A stretch of 62,014 nt of DNA, counting the filler, from Nemertoderma westbladi (lineage: Eukaryota; Animalia; Xenacoelomorpha): the NCBI GenBank assembly GCA_032718475.1. It is 4 parts of 4 records of this genome, joined end to end, with 100 filler letters (N's around TTAATTAATTAA, not from the genome) between each part and the next. Parts side by side here need not be neighbours in the genome. Positions count along the whole stretch, not along the records: positions 1 to 31,617 come from JAUCBJ010007013.1; 3 more parts are not named here. The stretch is one strand, 5' to 3'. Below the pieces are notes generated by a model. It was not told where the DNA came from. It ran no database searches and was given only the letters and a program-made list of their open reading frames with translations. The position numbers were made by a program, and so were the translations under genes. Shown here piece by piece: positions 1-12,716 of this stretch; the first letter of the stretch is position 1, and each line of letters begins with the position of its first letter.

Positions 1-1839
1 GGGCAAAGTAGATGCTAAGGCTCCTACAACCATAGAATTCTGGTATTCATGAGACTTACCTAACCAATCTAGTTGTCTACAGATCTCCTGAATCTCATCG
101 GAAAACTCTATAATCCCGCTGCTAAGAAACTTTCGGGGCGCCATTAATTTCGCATATAAATACCTAGCTATGTTAGTCCTATTACCATACCTGATGTTTA
201 GTGTATCCCAAACTTGTCTTAATCCATCTGGATGTCCAATAAACTTTAACGCCATTAACTTGGGAGATCCTTCCAAGCACTCGATGAGGTATCTAAGTTT
301 TTCTCCATTAGATAGTACAGAGTTCTGTATGTTATCTTTGTAATATTCATTAAAAGGTAACCATTTCATCTCATCTCCATTGAACTTGACGATCTCTCCA
401 ACCTTTACCGCTTGCCGGGCTTCGGTTCTAGCCATTTGACGCGTAAAACTTTCTTGGGCCATCGTGCTATTTAATATCGAGTTATCGGTATATAAATTTC
501 TCGGATTATGATCCGGTCTATAGGGAATATCACTATCAACAGGTCTATAATTACCCTTAATAGGGTTCACTATAGGAGTTTCTACTTCGCTAGCAGTATA
601 GATGCGTGTAGGCTCCACACCTTGCGCATGAGATACTTCAGACCTAACGGGTTGACACATTGTTACAGAGGGTGGTGGTATACCTCTTTGAGTATTTACT
701 AATTTATCGCGCTCTAGCGCGATACTTTGCTGCACTTCTTGCAACTCTAGTCTACTTTCCCTTACTGTGCCCTTGAATTGCTGGACAGTCTCCTGCATCT
801 GCCCGAGCAGGATATCCATCCCCCGCCGTCTCTCGTCCACCCATTCGACCGCCGAAGCGGGAGTCGCCAACGTTGTAGCGGGCGGACGAGGGACAACGGG
901 CGACAAATTGTGAATATTTCGCTCGGGGTCCAGGACCTGAACTGTCTCTTGGGCAGTTCTGCGGGGCACAGGTAGCTTAGTGCTATGCAGAGGGAATTTA
1001 GAAGTAGTTTCAGGGAGCACAGGTGTGTCTATCACCGAAGGGGTGATTTCAAGAACAGGCCTAATTATTTCAGGCTCATCTACTATAGTAGGGAGTCTTT
1101 CTATTTTAATTATTTGGTCTGTGGGCTCTGTACTACCTAAGTTGGTGTTATTTAGTTGCCTTCTAACAGCTGGAGGCAAATCAGGCAATTTCTGACGGTG
1201 GAATGTTCTTTTACGTCTACTTAGACGAGATCTATTTCCTTTGCCTTCAGTATCGGTGGTATCGCCTTCCTCAGATGATGTAAATCCCTGTCTCTTGGAA
1301 GTAGTCCGACTTATCAGCTGCATATCACTAGCCGTTATCTGTTTATTTAAGTAATCGTGCTTCTCTTGAAGATTCTCCAACTCTAGTTGGACCTTTTCTT
1401 CAGATGCCCTCCGTTCCGCTTCTGCCACTGCCACTGCCGCTTTTGCCTCGGCCGCTGCCTCTGCCGCTGCCGCTTTTCTTTCAGCTTCGGCTACTTTCCT
1501 TTCCGCTTCGGCAGCTGCTACTGCTGCTTTCTTTCTGTCTTCTATACGTTTTTTCTTGACTTGTTGTTCCCATTCTCTAACGATGCGGATTCTTTCATCA
1601 ATTTTCGCTCTATTCGCTGCCAACATTTCCGCATCTATTGCGTCCAACACAAACTTGGCTCCTTCGCTATTAGGGTTAAGTCCCTCTAACCTTCTCCTCA
1701 ACTCGTCATCACCTAAAAAACGTTGATAGTCTGACAGATAGATGTCAATGGCATCCCTCTTATGCGGTTTCTCTGCTGTCACTTCGCTCTCGGTTGTATC
1801 TAGTAGACTGTCTGACAGATTCTGCTTTGCGTCAGACAT
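1..1839 (-). CDS. BEL/Pao LTR retrotransposon Gag N-terminal part (coiled coil plus DUF1759-like domain); runs off the window edge
   Basis: Manual translation from ATG at 1839 (MSDAKQNLSDSLLD...) stays open to base 1, so the ORF track omits it. It has an Ala/Glu/Lys coiled coil and KFNGDEMKWLPFNEYYKDNIQNSVLSNGEKLRYLIECLEG...VWDTLNIRYGN, matching the BEL/Pao gag pattern F.GD...W..F...LS..EKL.YL...L.G...W..L..RYG. Confidence 0.85.
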   Translation of the reverse strand, partial: MSDAKQNLSDSLLDTTESEVTAEKPHKRDAIDIYLSDYQRFLGDDELRRRLEGLNPNSEGAKFVLDAIDAEMLAANRAKIDERIRIVREWEQQVKKKRIEDRKKAAVAAAEAERKVAEAERKAAAAEAAAEAKAAVAVAEAERRASEEKVQLELENLQEKHDYLNKQITASDMQLISRTTSKRQGFTSSEEGDTTDTEGKGNRSRLSRRKRTFHRQKLPDLPPAVRRQLNNTNLGSTEPTDQIIKIERLPTIVDEPEIIRPVLEITPSVIDTPVLPETTSKFPLHSTKLPVPRRTAQETVQVLDPERNIHNLSPVVPRPPATTLATPASAVEWVDERRRGMDILLGQMQETVQQFKGTVRESRLELQEVQQSIALERDKLVNTQRGIPPPSVTMCQPVRSEVSHAQGVEPTRIYTASEVETPIVNPIKGNYRPVDSDIPYRPDHNPRNLYTDNSILNSTMAQESFTRQMARTEARQAVKVGEIVKFNGDEMKWLPFNEYYKDNIQNSVLSNGEKLRYLIECLEGSPKLMALKFIGHPDGLRQVWDTLNIRYGNRTNIARYLYAKLMAPRKFLSSGIIEFSDEIQEICRQLDWLGKSHEYQNSMVVGALASTLP

Positions 1840-3204
1840 GCTTATGTGTACAGTTGAATGTCTACTGCTGTATTACAGTTTGAGCAAGTCTAGTAACTCA
1901 GTATTAACTGCTAGCCTAGTAATTAATTACCGGTACTGCTACTCAGTGTAGCGTGATATATATAATATATTAGAATACCGGTATGCTTATAGTATATATA
2001 ACTATTATTACAGACTAGGTTTATCACAGAATACCGGTATAATTTTAGCACAAATATATATAAATATATAATAGGCCTATCGGGAATACCGGTATACAGC
2101 TTACAGTTTGTAGTATATATAATTCTGAAATAGAATTAATTACACGTACCGGTATAATTTCAGCCTAGATTTATAGAAATAAAATAATAGGCCTATCGTA
2201 AATACCGGTATATCAATTATTTTAGAATAATTGAATTTCTGAACTTTAGAGTTACTTGGTTACTTTAACTTACTTTATTACCGTTATTTAAGCAGTAATC
2301 CAACTGATATTGAGACCTAATGGTTTTATGGTAGGCCTACTATTTATAAATCGTTAGATTTGATTTATAATGTATTTATACCCGTTTTAATGGGTTTAGT
2401 CAATGTTTGAAATAAATGTTATTATTTCTGGGGTAATCACTACACAAAGCGGTGCGCTTTTAGTGAAGTGTTACGTATAGGACACTAAAACAAATAATTC
2501 TAATTTACCTAAGTTACTTAATACTACAAATTACATACAATTCGGGTTGAGATTACAATCTCTAAATAAACACAAAAATTTACAAAAACACAAAATACGA
2601 ATTTTTAGGGTAATTTTACAAGAAGTCTACAAACCAGCCTAACAAAGGGTTAGATAACCGATTATTACACGGACAGGGTACTACGGTATTTGAAATAATA
2701 AGTAGTAGTAAATACACTGCGTTGTCTAGATAGGAAAATACCACCGCCTGACGACCTATAGCCGTATCGCTATAGGTTCTACGTTATGTATCACGGAGTG
2801 TTCCTACCTAGAAGTTAATAGAGCTAATCGAATGTGCCTATCAACCACTTTACAACACAGATATAATGCCTACACTAATTACTTCGGAAAGTACTGTACA
2901 CTAAACCCTAAATTAGGTACGAGTACTTGTATAACAGATAATCAGTAGTTAAATATACTTGAACAGCTAAAAGAACCACGGCATCTGCTGGAGTGACCGA
3001 TGCACAAAATCACCAGTCTTTACCTACGCCGAGCAGCCCGTGTAGTACCGGGGTTAATTTAACTATAGCGGTATGTATAACAAACACAATTACTGTAGGA
3101 ACAAACTTGGGGAATGAATGTTGCGAATAATCGCATAAACTCTGAATAATAAATATTACGCTACGCGTACAAACTACTCAAACAAAATGCAGACCGAACA
3201 CTGA

Positions 3205-3720
3205 CAGACTACTATCAAGCCTAAACAAACTACAGGACATGCAGACTCCGAAATGATTAGGGAGTATGCGCTCTAACCCAGTAGTGCGACTTATTCTTTA
3301 GTTGGGGGTTTACCTTACAGCGTTCGCTGCCCCTACTGCCTAACCGTACTTAATCGGACAGATGATCTACACACGCGGCAATCCGTTCAGACCTAATAAC
3401 AGCCAGACAACTATCCAGCCTACAAATTATCTAAGTAAAATTATACGCTACCCGTACAGACTTACACAAACAAAGTACAGACTAAACGATGGCAGACTAC
3501 TCTCAAGCCTAAATAAACTACAGGACATGCAGACTCCGAAATGATTAGGGAGTATGCGCTCTAACCCAGTAGTGCGACTTATTCTTTAGTTGGGGGTTTA
3601 CCTTACAGCGTTCGCTGCCCCTACTGCCTAATCGTACTTAATCGGACAAGTGATCTACACACACTGCAATCCGTTCGGACTTAACAGCAATCAGACAACA
3701 GCTCAGCCTACAAATTGTCT
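3205..3720. repeat. Tandem duplication, ~288-bp period, in the BEL leader
   Basis: CAGACTACT.TCAAGCCTAAA...GCCTACAAATT begins at 3205 and again at 3493, with a near-identical core. Confidence 0.9.
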
Positions 3721-4169
3721 GTACAATCTGATCAGGCTTACACGCCTTCTGTTCAATACTGGCCTACAAACAAATAAAACTTGACAGAAATAAGTAAAAT
3801 CTCAATAAAAAACCAGGGCGGCCGTTCCCTGATTAAATACTAAGACCTACCGGTATACAACAATCAAATCGAATAATACTAATGTACTTATACGGGAAGT
3901 ACCGGTTAGGACAGTTAGGCCTACGGACCTACAGAAGTACCGGTTCTAGCGATTGGGCCTACTGACCTACAGATGTACCGATTCAGGTTTACCGGTTGAC
4001 CAGTACTTTCAACTTTATTGCTTACTGCAACAAAGAAGCTATATCCTTTAATGTTCGCGCTTTCAGACCTTTGGCAGTTTAACCCGCCAAATTAGAATGT
4101 CTTCTAGATAATAAATCGCTTTTTAGCCTATGACAAGTATTTGATTCACTACACTAGTCGAAACCAATC

Positions 4170-5243
4170 TGTGCGCGATCATTCACCCGCTGGATATTCC
4201 CGGGAGATTGGGTTCGACGGTTTAATTTTATTGCTATGTAAGCCTAATGTATTATTCGACTGACAGTATTATATAATCTCTGACAATATTATTCACCTTC
4301 GGTAATATTAACAGTTCCTTTAGGACGTGGCGCTTTATCTATATAAACAGAGTTATGACTTAAACTACTCACAACGATATGGCTTAATTATAATTCACAT
4401 ATATGGCGCATTCTTTAGGAATGCTTCTTTAACAGACTCACTCATACACAATGCTGCACAATACTGCACACTAATCTGCCGATCTTCACTGATTTTAGTC
4501 ACATATAAAAGGAACACAGACTGACTCATGTAGGGTCTATCAAATAACATTAGATTCACTTCAAACCACTTTAACATAAGTCACAATCGTTTATCTGTAA
4601 CCTTTCTCTCTTACCTTCGGTATATCAAGAATATTGGGTGTCGGGGTTATTTCTCGTTATTCCAATATAATAATTCATCAACAAATATAATGAATAACCG
4701 ACAACAAATAGGAGTATGCAGTATTCACAAAGCCAGTTATTAAAGGCCGTGACTACGGTGTGTCAAATGCGAGTTAAATGCGAGGTGCAGTTAAAGGATA
4801 TATGTCCTTATAATTAAACCTACTAGTGTTGCGCTAAAAAGCAGAAAACATAAAACACTAAAAAGCCGTTCTTTTGTGGCTTTGAAAAACTCGTGACTAC
4901 TGCTCTATACGAGGATACCAACTCCCTTATTCCACGAAGCTCCCGTTCAACACAGAGAAAGAGCAGTGAGATAGGAAATTTTCAGTTCAGCAGCTCTGTG
5001 ATAGGTCAAAATCAAGGCTAACTCAAATTCTATTGGGAGATACAAAAACAAGGTTATGACGCAACCTCCCTAGGCTTGTTGGCCGATTAAACAGAGCCCA
5101 GATGCCTGCGTACAGCAAATCAGCCAATAAGCTGGTAACTTGCACTATTTTTAACTATAGATCACTTTGAGAGTATTCTTAGCGACTGGGGGGGAACTGG
5201 CCAACAAGGCAAACGAATCAGTTATCCCACAAAAGCTTTTACA
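4170..5243 (-). repeat. Putative 5' LTR (TGT...ACA)
   Basis: The 5' end at 5243 is supported by the paralogue ending at 32061. The 3' end at 4170 is tentative: minus-strand AATAAA near 4230, then ...GCGCACA followed by GATTGG. Confidence 0.45.
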
Positions 5244-6749
5244 GTAATACTTTTCTTGATTTAAAAAATATATCTGGGGTCTATCATAGCTATTTTTTAA
5301 ATGGAGATAATTACGCAAGACCATAGCAACGGGAGATTTCCCACTTATACACTAATTGTTAGGTGGGATATCTCAAAATTTTGTGAAATATGAACACTGC
5401 AGTATATAGAAATATATTATGGATTAAAATTCCAAAATTAATATATGTTTACTTACTTAGGCCTACGTAAATATAAAGTTTCAGGAGGCCGAAGTACAAT
5501 TGAAGGAATGTACACATCTTTAATTGTCAATATAATATATTATTTTACGAATTATTATTGAAATTATGTTATAACTAATTACGAAATTTCTCAACATTAT
5601 TATGTTTAACCGCATAACAAAATCTGGTCGCAAATCCATTAATATCTCGATTCAATTTTACATTATCAGGAAAATGATAAGTTTACAGCAGCCTTCTCAT
5701 AAAATAATGGCAAAAGCTGCGTCAGAGTAGTACATATGTCTCCTGATATGTATGGCACATGGTACATATGATATGGCCTCTCGGATATGTAGTGATATCA
5801 CAACCATCACCTAGTTGTTGACATGAACACACGAAATAATATTTCGTGTAATTCGTAATTTCGTAATAATAATCTATAGATTCTGGTTGCTAGGCAATTA
5901 TATAAACATTAGGGTTATTCTTCTTACTGTATGCCTCTCTTGACTGTATCTGCTGTCAGGCTTTACCTGTAATAATACAATATATTAATAGTGTCTAAGT
6001 ATGCTTTGTTTACTTTCATAATCGCGGGATGTTACATCCTCACAGGATATATTGCCTCTCATATGTAACACTCTAAGAAAAAAACTTGTTGTTGTCAAAA
6101 ACGCTCTGTTGCTAAGATATGATTCAGGTCGCTATGGTAAATTCGTCGTTGCTATGTAAAACTTACTGTTGCTATGCAAAACCAGCCGTTGCTATGGAAA
6201 GCTTTATCCTGATGCAGGAAACTAAATTTTAAGAAAAAATAAGAAAGCGCAAGTACATAAATAATGAAACATACCCGTTGCTATGGTAACTATATTGACT
6301 GTGCTAGCGGCCATAGACCTCTAGGCCTACTATGTAATGAGCAACTAAGGTATGTGCATGTGATCAAAGTTGAAGTAAACCGAACATGTTTTTTTTAAAC
6401 ATTTTCTCCACATTCCAAATGGTATCGGTTACTATGGTAACAGAGGCAAACTTAAATGGTCGGAAAAGAATTGGCTGGACTTGGCACCATGTAAGACACT
6501 TCAGTAGATCCAGAATTGAATTTTAGTTACAGGTTATTTGGTTACAGGACTTTGGTTACAGGACTACCACAGGTCCATTTAAATTGGTGAACTACTTAGA
6601 AATCAAGAGGGTCTCAGGGACAATATATTTATAATATTAGATGATTATCCCAAATGGGGAACAATTATTAATCAATGGTGTCATATTATTGGGATATTTA
6701 CTGAAAATCGGCCTTTGAAACTCGTTTTTGAAACAGTTGCCATGGTAAC

Positions 6750-9700
6750 GTCAACTAAATAAGTCACTGAGGGCTATAGCGCCTAGGGCACCATTGAAGG
6801 CAAAGGCTTGATACGCATCTGCATTAGAGATGATACAAGCCCCGCCCTGTCTATACTGGATGCTCCTCTACCAGTGATAGGTAACCTAACCCAGGAGGCA
6901 CACTTGGTTCAGGGTGTAACAAATGGACCCCTACAGTCGGCAGCAGGGCTGTAGGCCATGGATAGGCGGAAGGTAATCAACCAACGGCTAGACATGCTGA
7001 CAAGGTCGGCGGAAGGTAATCAACCAACGGCGACCTACTGCGAAGACGCTTGTAGGAGTTGCGACCACAAGCGGTTTACCCCCGCAACTGAAAGATATGA
7101 GTATGAGAACCCTCCAGGAGAAATACCGGCTCGGTCGTCGCCCGGGTCAACAAGGACCGCGTCCCTCAGTGGTACACCAGGCTGGGGTCGATATATTGGC
7201 TACTGGAACAGAAGACAGAGAAGAAAGAAGAACCAACCTGTTGAAATGTAAAAAGACACTAAAGATTGCTACAATGAACGCACGCACGCTGAAAGCACAG
7301 AGCAAACAGGGTGACATGGTCGCTCTGGCAATGGAATATAACATCGACATCATCTGCATCCAAGAACATCGGATTTGTCATGAAGACACTGCCATGAAGT
7401 ACAATGACATTGGAAATGGATGGACGTTAGTAACAAGCTCAGCAGTAAGAAACTCGGCCAATGCATCAATTGGTGGAGTAGGAATTCTGCTAAGCCCATT
7501 TGCACTTAAGACCCTAAACAACATCGAATCTATAAATTCCAGGGTTATGATCGCAACATTTGATGGGAATCCCAAGACAACAGTTATATGTTGCTACAGT
7601 CCAACCAATGCATCAGAGCCAGAACAAGCAGTCAAGTTTTATGAAGAACTGACTGGACTTATTAAGGACATCCCGAAACACAATGTTAAAGTCATTGCTG
7701 GCGACCTGAATGCGCAAATTGGCCCAGAAGACATCAAGGGTTACACCTATAACACCAGTTCTAACAGAAATGGGTACTTACTCTTAGACCTAATGGAAGA
7801 ATGTGAATTGATACCAACAAACAACACATTCGAAAAGAGTAAGGGGAAGCTATGGACCTTTCAATACCCTAATGGAACCAAAGCACAACTGGATTACATC
7901 CTTATAAACAAAAAGTGGAGAAATAGCATGATCAACTGCGAGGCATACAGCTCGTTCAACCTAATTGGTTCGGACCACAGAATTGTGACTGCAGAGATCA
8001 GACTCAGTTTGAGAGCCAGCAAACCCAGGACAAGCAAGCAAATCAACTATGACTGGGAGAAACTCAGAACTGACAATGCTGTAAAGGATGCTTATACAGT
8101 AGAAGTTCAAAACCGCTTTGAAGCACTTCAGTCAATGGATGAAGACCAATCCACCGATTCAATATACCAGAATATAATAACAGCCCACAAGGAATCAGCT
8201 AAGAGGCATATCCCCCAGAAACCTAAACGAAAACAGTATGTGCCATGGCAAAACTCTGAGGTTACTTGTAAGAGAGAAGATCTTAAGATAGCCTACAAAG
8301 TTAAAACCGAACAACCAACAACCGAAAACATTAACAAGGTTGAGAAAGCTAAGGACGATCTTAAATTGGCCTACAACATCAGCCAGGAAAAGTACATACA
8401 GGATAAAACTGAAGCAATTACAACTGCTCACATACAGCAACAATCAAGACTTACCTGGCAAACTGTAAATGAGGTATCTGGTCGGAAAAGTTGTGCAAAG
8501 GGGCGCCTCAAAGCCGATAGTCTTGAAGAACGTGTTGGGAAATGGAAAAATCACTTCAGCAACTTGCTTGGGCAGCCACCAAACATCGAGGTCAGCCCTA
8601 CAAGGAAAATATATGACAAGACACTACCTATAGAAACAGGGGACTTCACACCTGCCGAACTCCAAAGAAGCATTAAAAGCATGTCCAATAATAAAGCGAG
8701 TGGATTAGATGAAATCCCAGCGGAGGTATGGAAAACCGGAGTGCTAAATAGACCATTATTGAATGTTTGCAACCGGATGTTAAAAGGGGAAAAGCCACCA
8801 CCAATTTGGACTAAAGGTCAACTAAAGCCTCTCCCCAAGAAAGGAGACCTCGGCATACCAACAAACTATCGTGGGATCTGTCTGCTTGTGGTAGCTGCCA
8901 AAATATACAATAAAATGATTCTATATAGGATTAGGCCTCACATAGAGAAACTACTGCGTAAGAGCCAAAACGGATTTCGACCAAGTAGATCAACAATAGC
9001 TCAGATACTTGCACTACGGAGACTGATTGAAGGAATCAAGTCAAAGAATCTCCCCGCAGTCATGACTTTTGTGGACTTCAAGAAGGCATTCGACTCCATC
9101 AATAGAGGTAAAATGCTTGAAATCCTAAGAGCTTATGGAATACCAGAAGTAATTGTTGCTGGCATTGGATTGCTATATTGTGACACAGAAGCGCAGGTAC
9201 TCTCACCAGATGGTGAAACTGAGTTTTTCTCAATCCTGGCTGGCGTACTGCAAGGTGACACATTAGCACCATTACTATTTGTAATTGTGCTGGATTACGC
9301 AATGAGGACGGCCACAAAGGGTGAAGATCTGGGATTCACACTTCAAGAACGCAGAAGTAGTAGATATCCGGCAACTACAGTCACAGACACCGACTTTGCG
9401 GATGACATCGCCCTGCTCTCTAATACGCTAGCAGATGCACAGCTTCTACTAAATAAAGTGGAGAGGGCTGCTAAGGAGGTTGGATTGCATATAAATGCTA
9501 CCAAGACCGAATTCATGACCTTTAATGTTGATGGAAACTTGACAACCATTGATAATAATCAACTAAGGCAGGTCGATGACTTCCAGTACCTTGGATCATG
9601 GATAGAGAGTAGCAAAAAGGACATAGAAGTTAGGAAAGCAAAGGCTTGGGAAGCTCTATCAAAAATGGATACCATCTGGAAATCAGATCTCTCCAGGCAC

Positions 9701-10051
9701 CTCAAGACCAAGTTCTTTCGAGCCACAGTGGAAAGTGAATTTTTATACGGGGGTGAGACCTGCCGAGCTTTATGGTACAATACCACCTGTATCAACCACC
9801 CTCCGTGAACGCAGATTAAGATTCAGTGGGCACTGCTGGCGAAGTAAAGACGAGGTCATACCAGATCTACTTCTCTGGCAACCAACTCATGGAAAGCGTA
9901 GTCGTGGACGACCTGCCATAACATATATAGATCAACTTGAAAGGGATACTGAACTTGGGAGAAACGAAATTGCGACAACTATGGAGAATCGGGAAGCCTG
10001 GAAGGATCTCATTTCCACTGTCCGAGTTTGCTCGACCTAGTAGTAGTAGTA
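6750..10051 (+). mobile_element. Near full-length RTE-clade non-LTR retrotransposon
   Basis: 11-bp target-site duplication GCCATGGTAAC (6739-6749 and 10052-10062), (TAG)n 3' tail, single APE+RT ORF. Confidence 0.92.
7097..10040 (+). pseudogene. RTE ORF (APE endonuclease + reverse transcriptase), frameshifted by a deletion near 9762
   Basis: APE motifs ATMNARTL, CIQEHR, GDLNA, LDYIL, SDHR; RT motifs NYRGICLL, QNGFR, FVDFKKAFDS, GVLQGDTLAP, FADD, YLGS. The C-terminus RRLRFSGHCWR...GKRSRGRP lies in another frame (9735-10040). Confidence 0.92.
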
Positions 10052-11221
10052 GCCATGGTAACCGTGTTTTACAAATGACGCGAATAGAATCTCTGATGCT
10101 GATATGTGGGGGGTAGGACAAGGTTAGAAGACTGTAGGTTTAATGGAAACTGGACTTTTGTAATTGACCTCCTGTTGTCATGGTAATATGGGACCGATAA
10201 ATAATGTTGCAAAGTTGGTTCCCCTTAAAAAATGAAAGGTATATGGTAATTGCCTACACCTGTGCCATTTATGGGAAGTTTATCCAGAACGTCCACATTA
10301 ACTTGCTAAGCGACCTAACTATATAGGGCCTACAGTAGGAATAAAACAATTACAGTAGCAATCAACTCCTACAGGCCTGTAGGCCTAATAGTAGGCTTTC
10401 ATCTCACCAGATTTCAAAATTTCCTAGAAACGCCCCACCATCCCTGTGTCACCTGGACCAAGATAATCTGTCAATCACAGTTATTGATTTGTAAACAGTT
10501 ATACATTAATTACAATATATAATTTTATCACTACTATTATTGTCGTCACTCCATTGCCTAGAAACGTGTCAACACAGAACACAGTTCGTCCACGTAGATT
10601 CAGTTTATAGGAATCAATATTATCTGGGACCGTTGCGTCAATGTTCAACTTTGTTGAGCGAAACCACAAGAATTGACTCATGTAAATAAATTCATCACCG
10701 ACATTCTGAAACTGTAGTATTGTAACTTAAACATAAAGCCATGCAATGGGACGGTGGGCGGAAATAATGTATGAGGCGACCTAAGTAACCGGATGCCAGT
10801 ATAACATGATGTTGGGTGGTGCACATTGTGAATGACAGCAAAGTATTGATTTCAAGGTGATGGTGGTCCCTCCAGCATTATTTACTACAAATAAAGTAGA
10901 AAGTACAGCATATCAAAAGTAACCATGGTGTTAAACACAATGGTTAAACACCCATAGAACACTTCCTATAGTGAACACTCTGGACATATTACAATTCACA
11001 TTATCATTTTCCATTACAATTCAACCACGAGTGGTCTTCAATGAGAAAACACAGCTAATGAGTATTAAATAAAAATCCAAAATATGTTAAAACATTGTTT
11101 ACAATCTTTTTATTTTTTTAGAATTTAGTGAATCAGATGACAACCCATCATAGGCTTTGCATCTATACTTCGAAATTATTAACAAGCGTATGCCGTAGTG
11201 TTGGATGTGACAGAACACGTT

Positions 11222-11520
11222 CGTAGGGCGTCGCGCAGCATGCGAGCAAGTTCGAAACAAGTTCGATTTGAACTGGAAGCAAAAGTTTGAGAGGTATTTG
11301 CCCGTAACTTTCAAAAATATTGAAACTTTTTCTCTAGTATGCCCATACAAACTTTGATAAAAAATAAAAATTAAAGTTATTCAAGAGTTCTTCAAAAGTT
11401 ATTTACGAATTAATTTTTCATTATAGACGGACAGACAGACAGACGGACATGAAATTTTGCCATATTTACTAATTATAATTGTGCGCGAAGGCTCGCCCTG
11501 ACTGCGTGGCTTGCCCCATA
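11222..11520 (+). mobile_element. Short DINE-1/Helentron-like (HINE) non-autonomous element
   Basis: 5' GTAGGGCGTCGCGCAGCA, a GACA/GACG microsatellite and 3' GGCTCGCCC...GGCTTGCCCCA. The same end motifs occur at 42912-43328 and 47699-48968. Confidence 0.55.
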
Positions 11521-12716
11521 ACCTAAGCGACAACTTTGTATGGATATTTCCACAGTAATCATGGGACTATCCAATGGAATAACACAATAGGGCCATTGCT
11601 TTATAGTGGGAATTTTGAATCGTATAATTTTATGTTTAAGGGGTGTACGCCTACTGTATGTATGCCTTTGTTTTATGCTGCGTAGTGCAACTTTAAATAC
11701 ATTGCAAACAATTTTTTCTATTATGTCTGACGAAGCTGAAATTGTGAAATTGAAACTGCACTCTTAAAAAAGAATTGTCAAACTGACAAAAAAAAAAGCC
11801 ATTGTGACAATATAATATTGGCAAATGCGTCTGTCAAGAGGTGTTGCTAAACTAACAATATTATATTGTCAAATATTTTACTAATATAATTTTGTCAAAT
11901 TATCCACTTATATTGTTAATTTGTTTTTGTATATTTGCTATATTGCCAATACACAATTGTGACTTGGCAATATACAATGCCAATAATTTTGGCAAAATAT
12001 TTGCTAAATCATTAATATAACCAGTTTACATATATTGCCAAATCTCAAATATAGCTTCACCACGTCCAGGCGACCTCAATTAAAAATCCATTGTTGAAAT
12101 AAGTTAACCCAGAACCCAGTTAATAAAAAGTTTATCTATGCGAAATAACAAGTTGAATATTATATTTAAAATTAAAATCTCACAACGAAATAAAACTAAT
12201 AGTTACAATAAGTTTGGCGTATTTTTCTCAAGTTACAATCAATTAAGCAGGGCCCATAGGGGCAACGAAAATATTTTGGGCTAAATATTAGAAGTATATA
12301 TACTTCTAATAATAAATGAAAAGTAGCAAAACTAATTAATGACTATTTAAAATATACATATATAAAACACATTACTTACTAAAGTACAAAACGTATTAGG
12401 AACCATCTAAAAATAATGTTGCGGTGCGATGAGGGTCAGCAACTTCGTGACAAAACTGTGGCATCGAGGGTGCCGCAAAGGTGATGGCTGAGGGCGAGGG
12501 GGTTTATAATTTCGAGGTACTTAATATATAATTATTATATTTAAAAAATGAAAAATAAGGGAGAGTGGCAGGTGGGTTAAAAGTAGAAGAAACTGCGACA
12601 TAATTTATGAACGGCTCCAAAGTTACAACGAATAATGTACAACGAAAAATAATATTTTATATAAAACAAAAATAACAAATCTATAATTTAAGAATATTTA
12701 AAACATAAGGGACACA

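Larger units (their letters stand above)
1..5243 (-). mobile_element. 5' portion of a BEL/Pao LTR retrotransposon (5' LTR, long leader, gag)
   Basis: Gag ORF plus an upstream LTR-like block starting TGTAAAAGCTTTTGTGGGAT at 5243 on the minus strand. A homologous block with the same terminus occurs at 31718-32061. Confidence 0.7.
5270..10324. mobile_element. Non-autonomous repeat rich in GTTGCYATGGYAAC motifs, split by the RTE insertion (ends approximate)
   Basis: Motif variants at about 5886, 6128, 6148, 6168, 6188, 6277, 6428, 6736 and 10173; no ORF. Confidence 0.4.

Noticed and set aside
508-1951. Several short plus-strand ORFs, including a Cys/Phe-rich one
   Set aside because: Antisense to the open BEL gag frame.
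6750-6960. HDV-like ribozyme in the RTE 5' UTR
   Set aside because: Expected for some RTEs and local stems exist, but I could not build a consistent P1/P2/P3/L3 nested pseudoknot by eye; needs a descriptor search.
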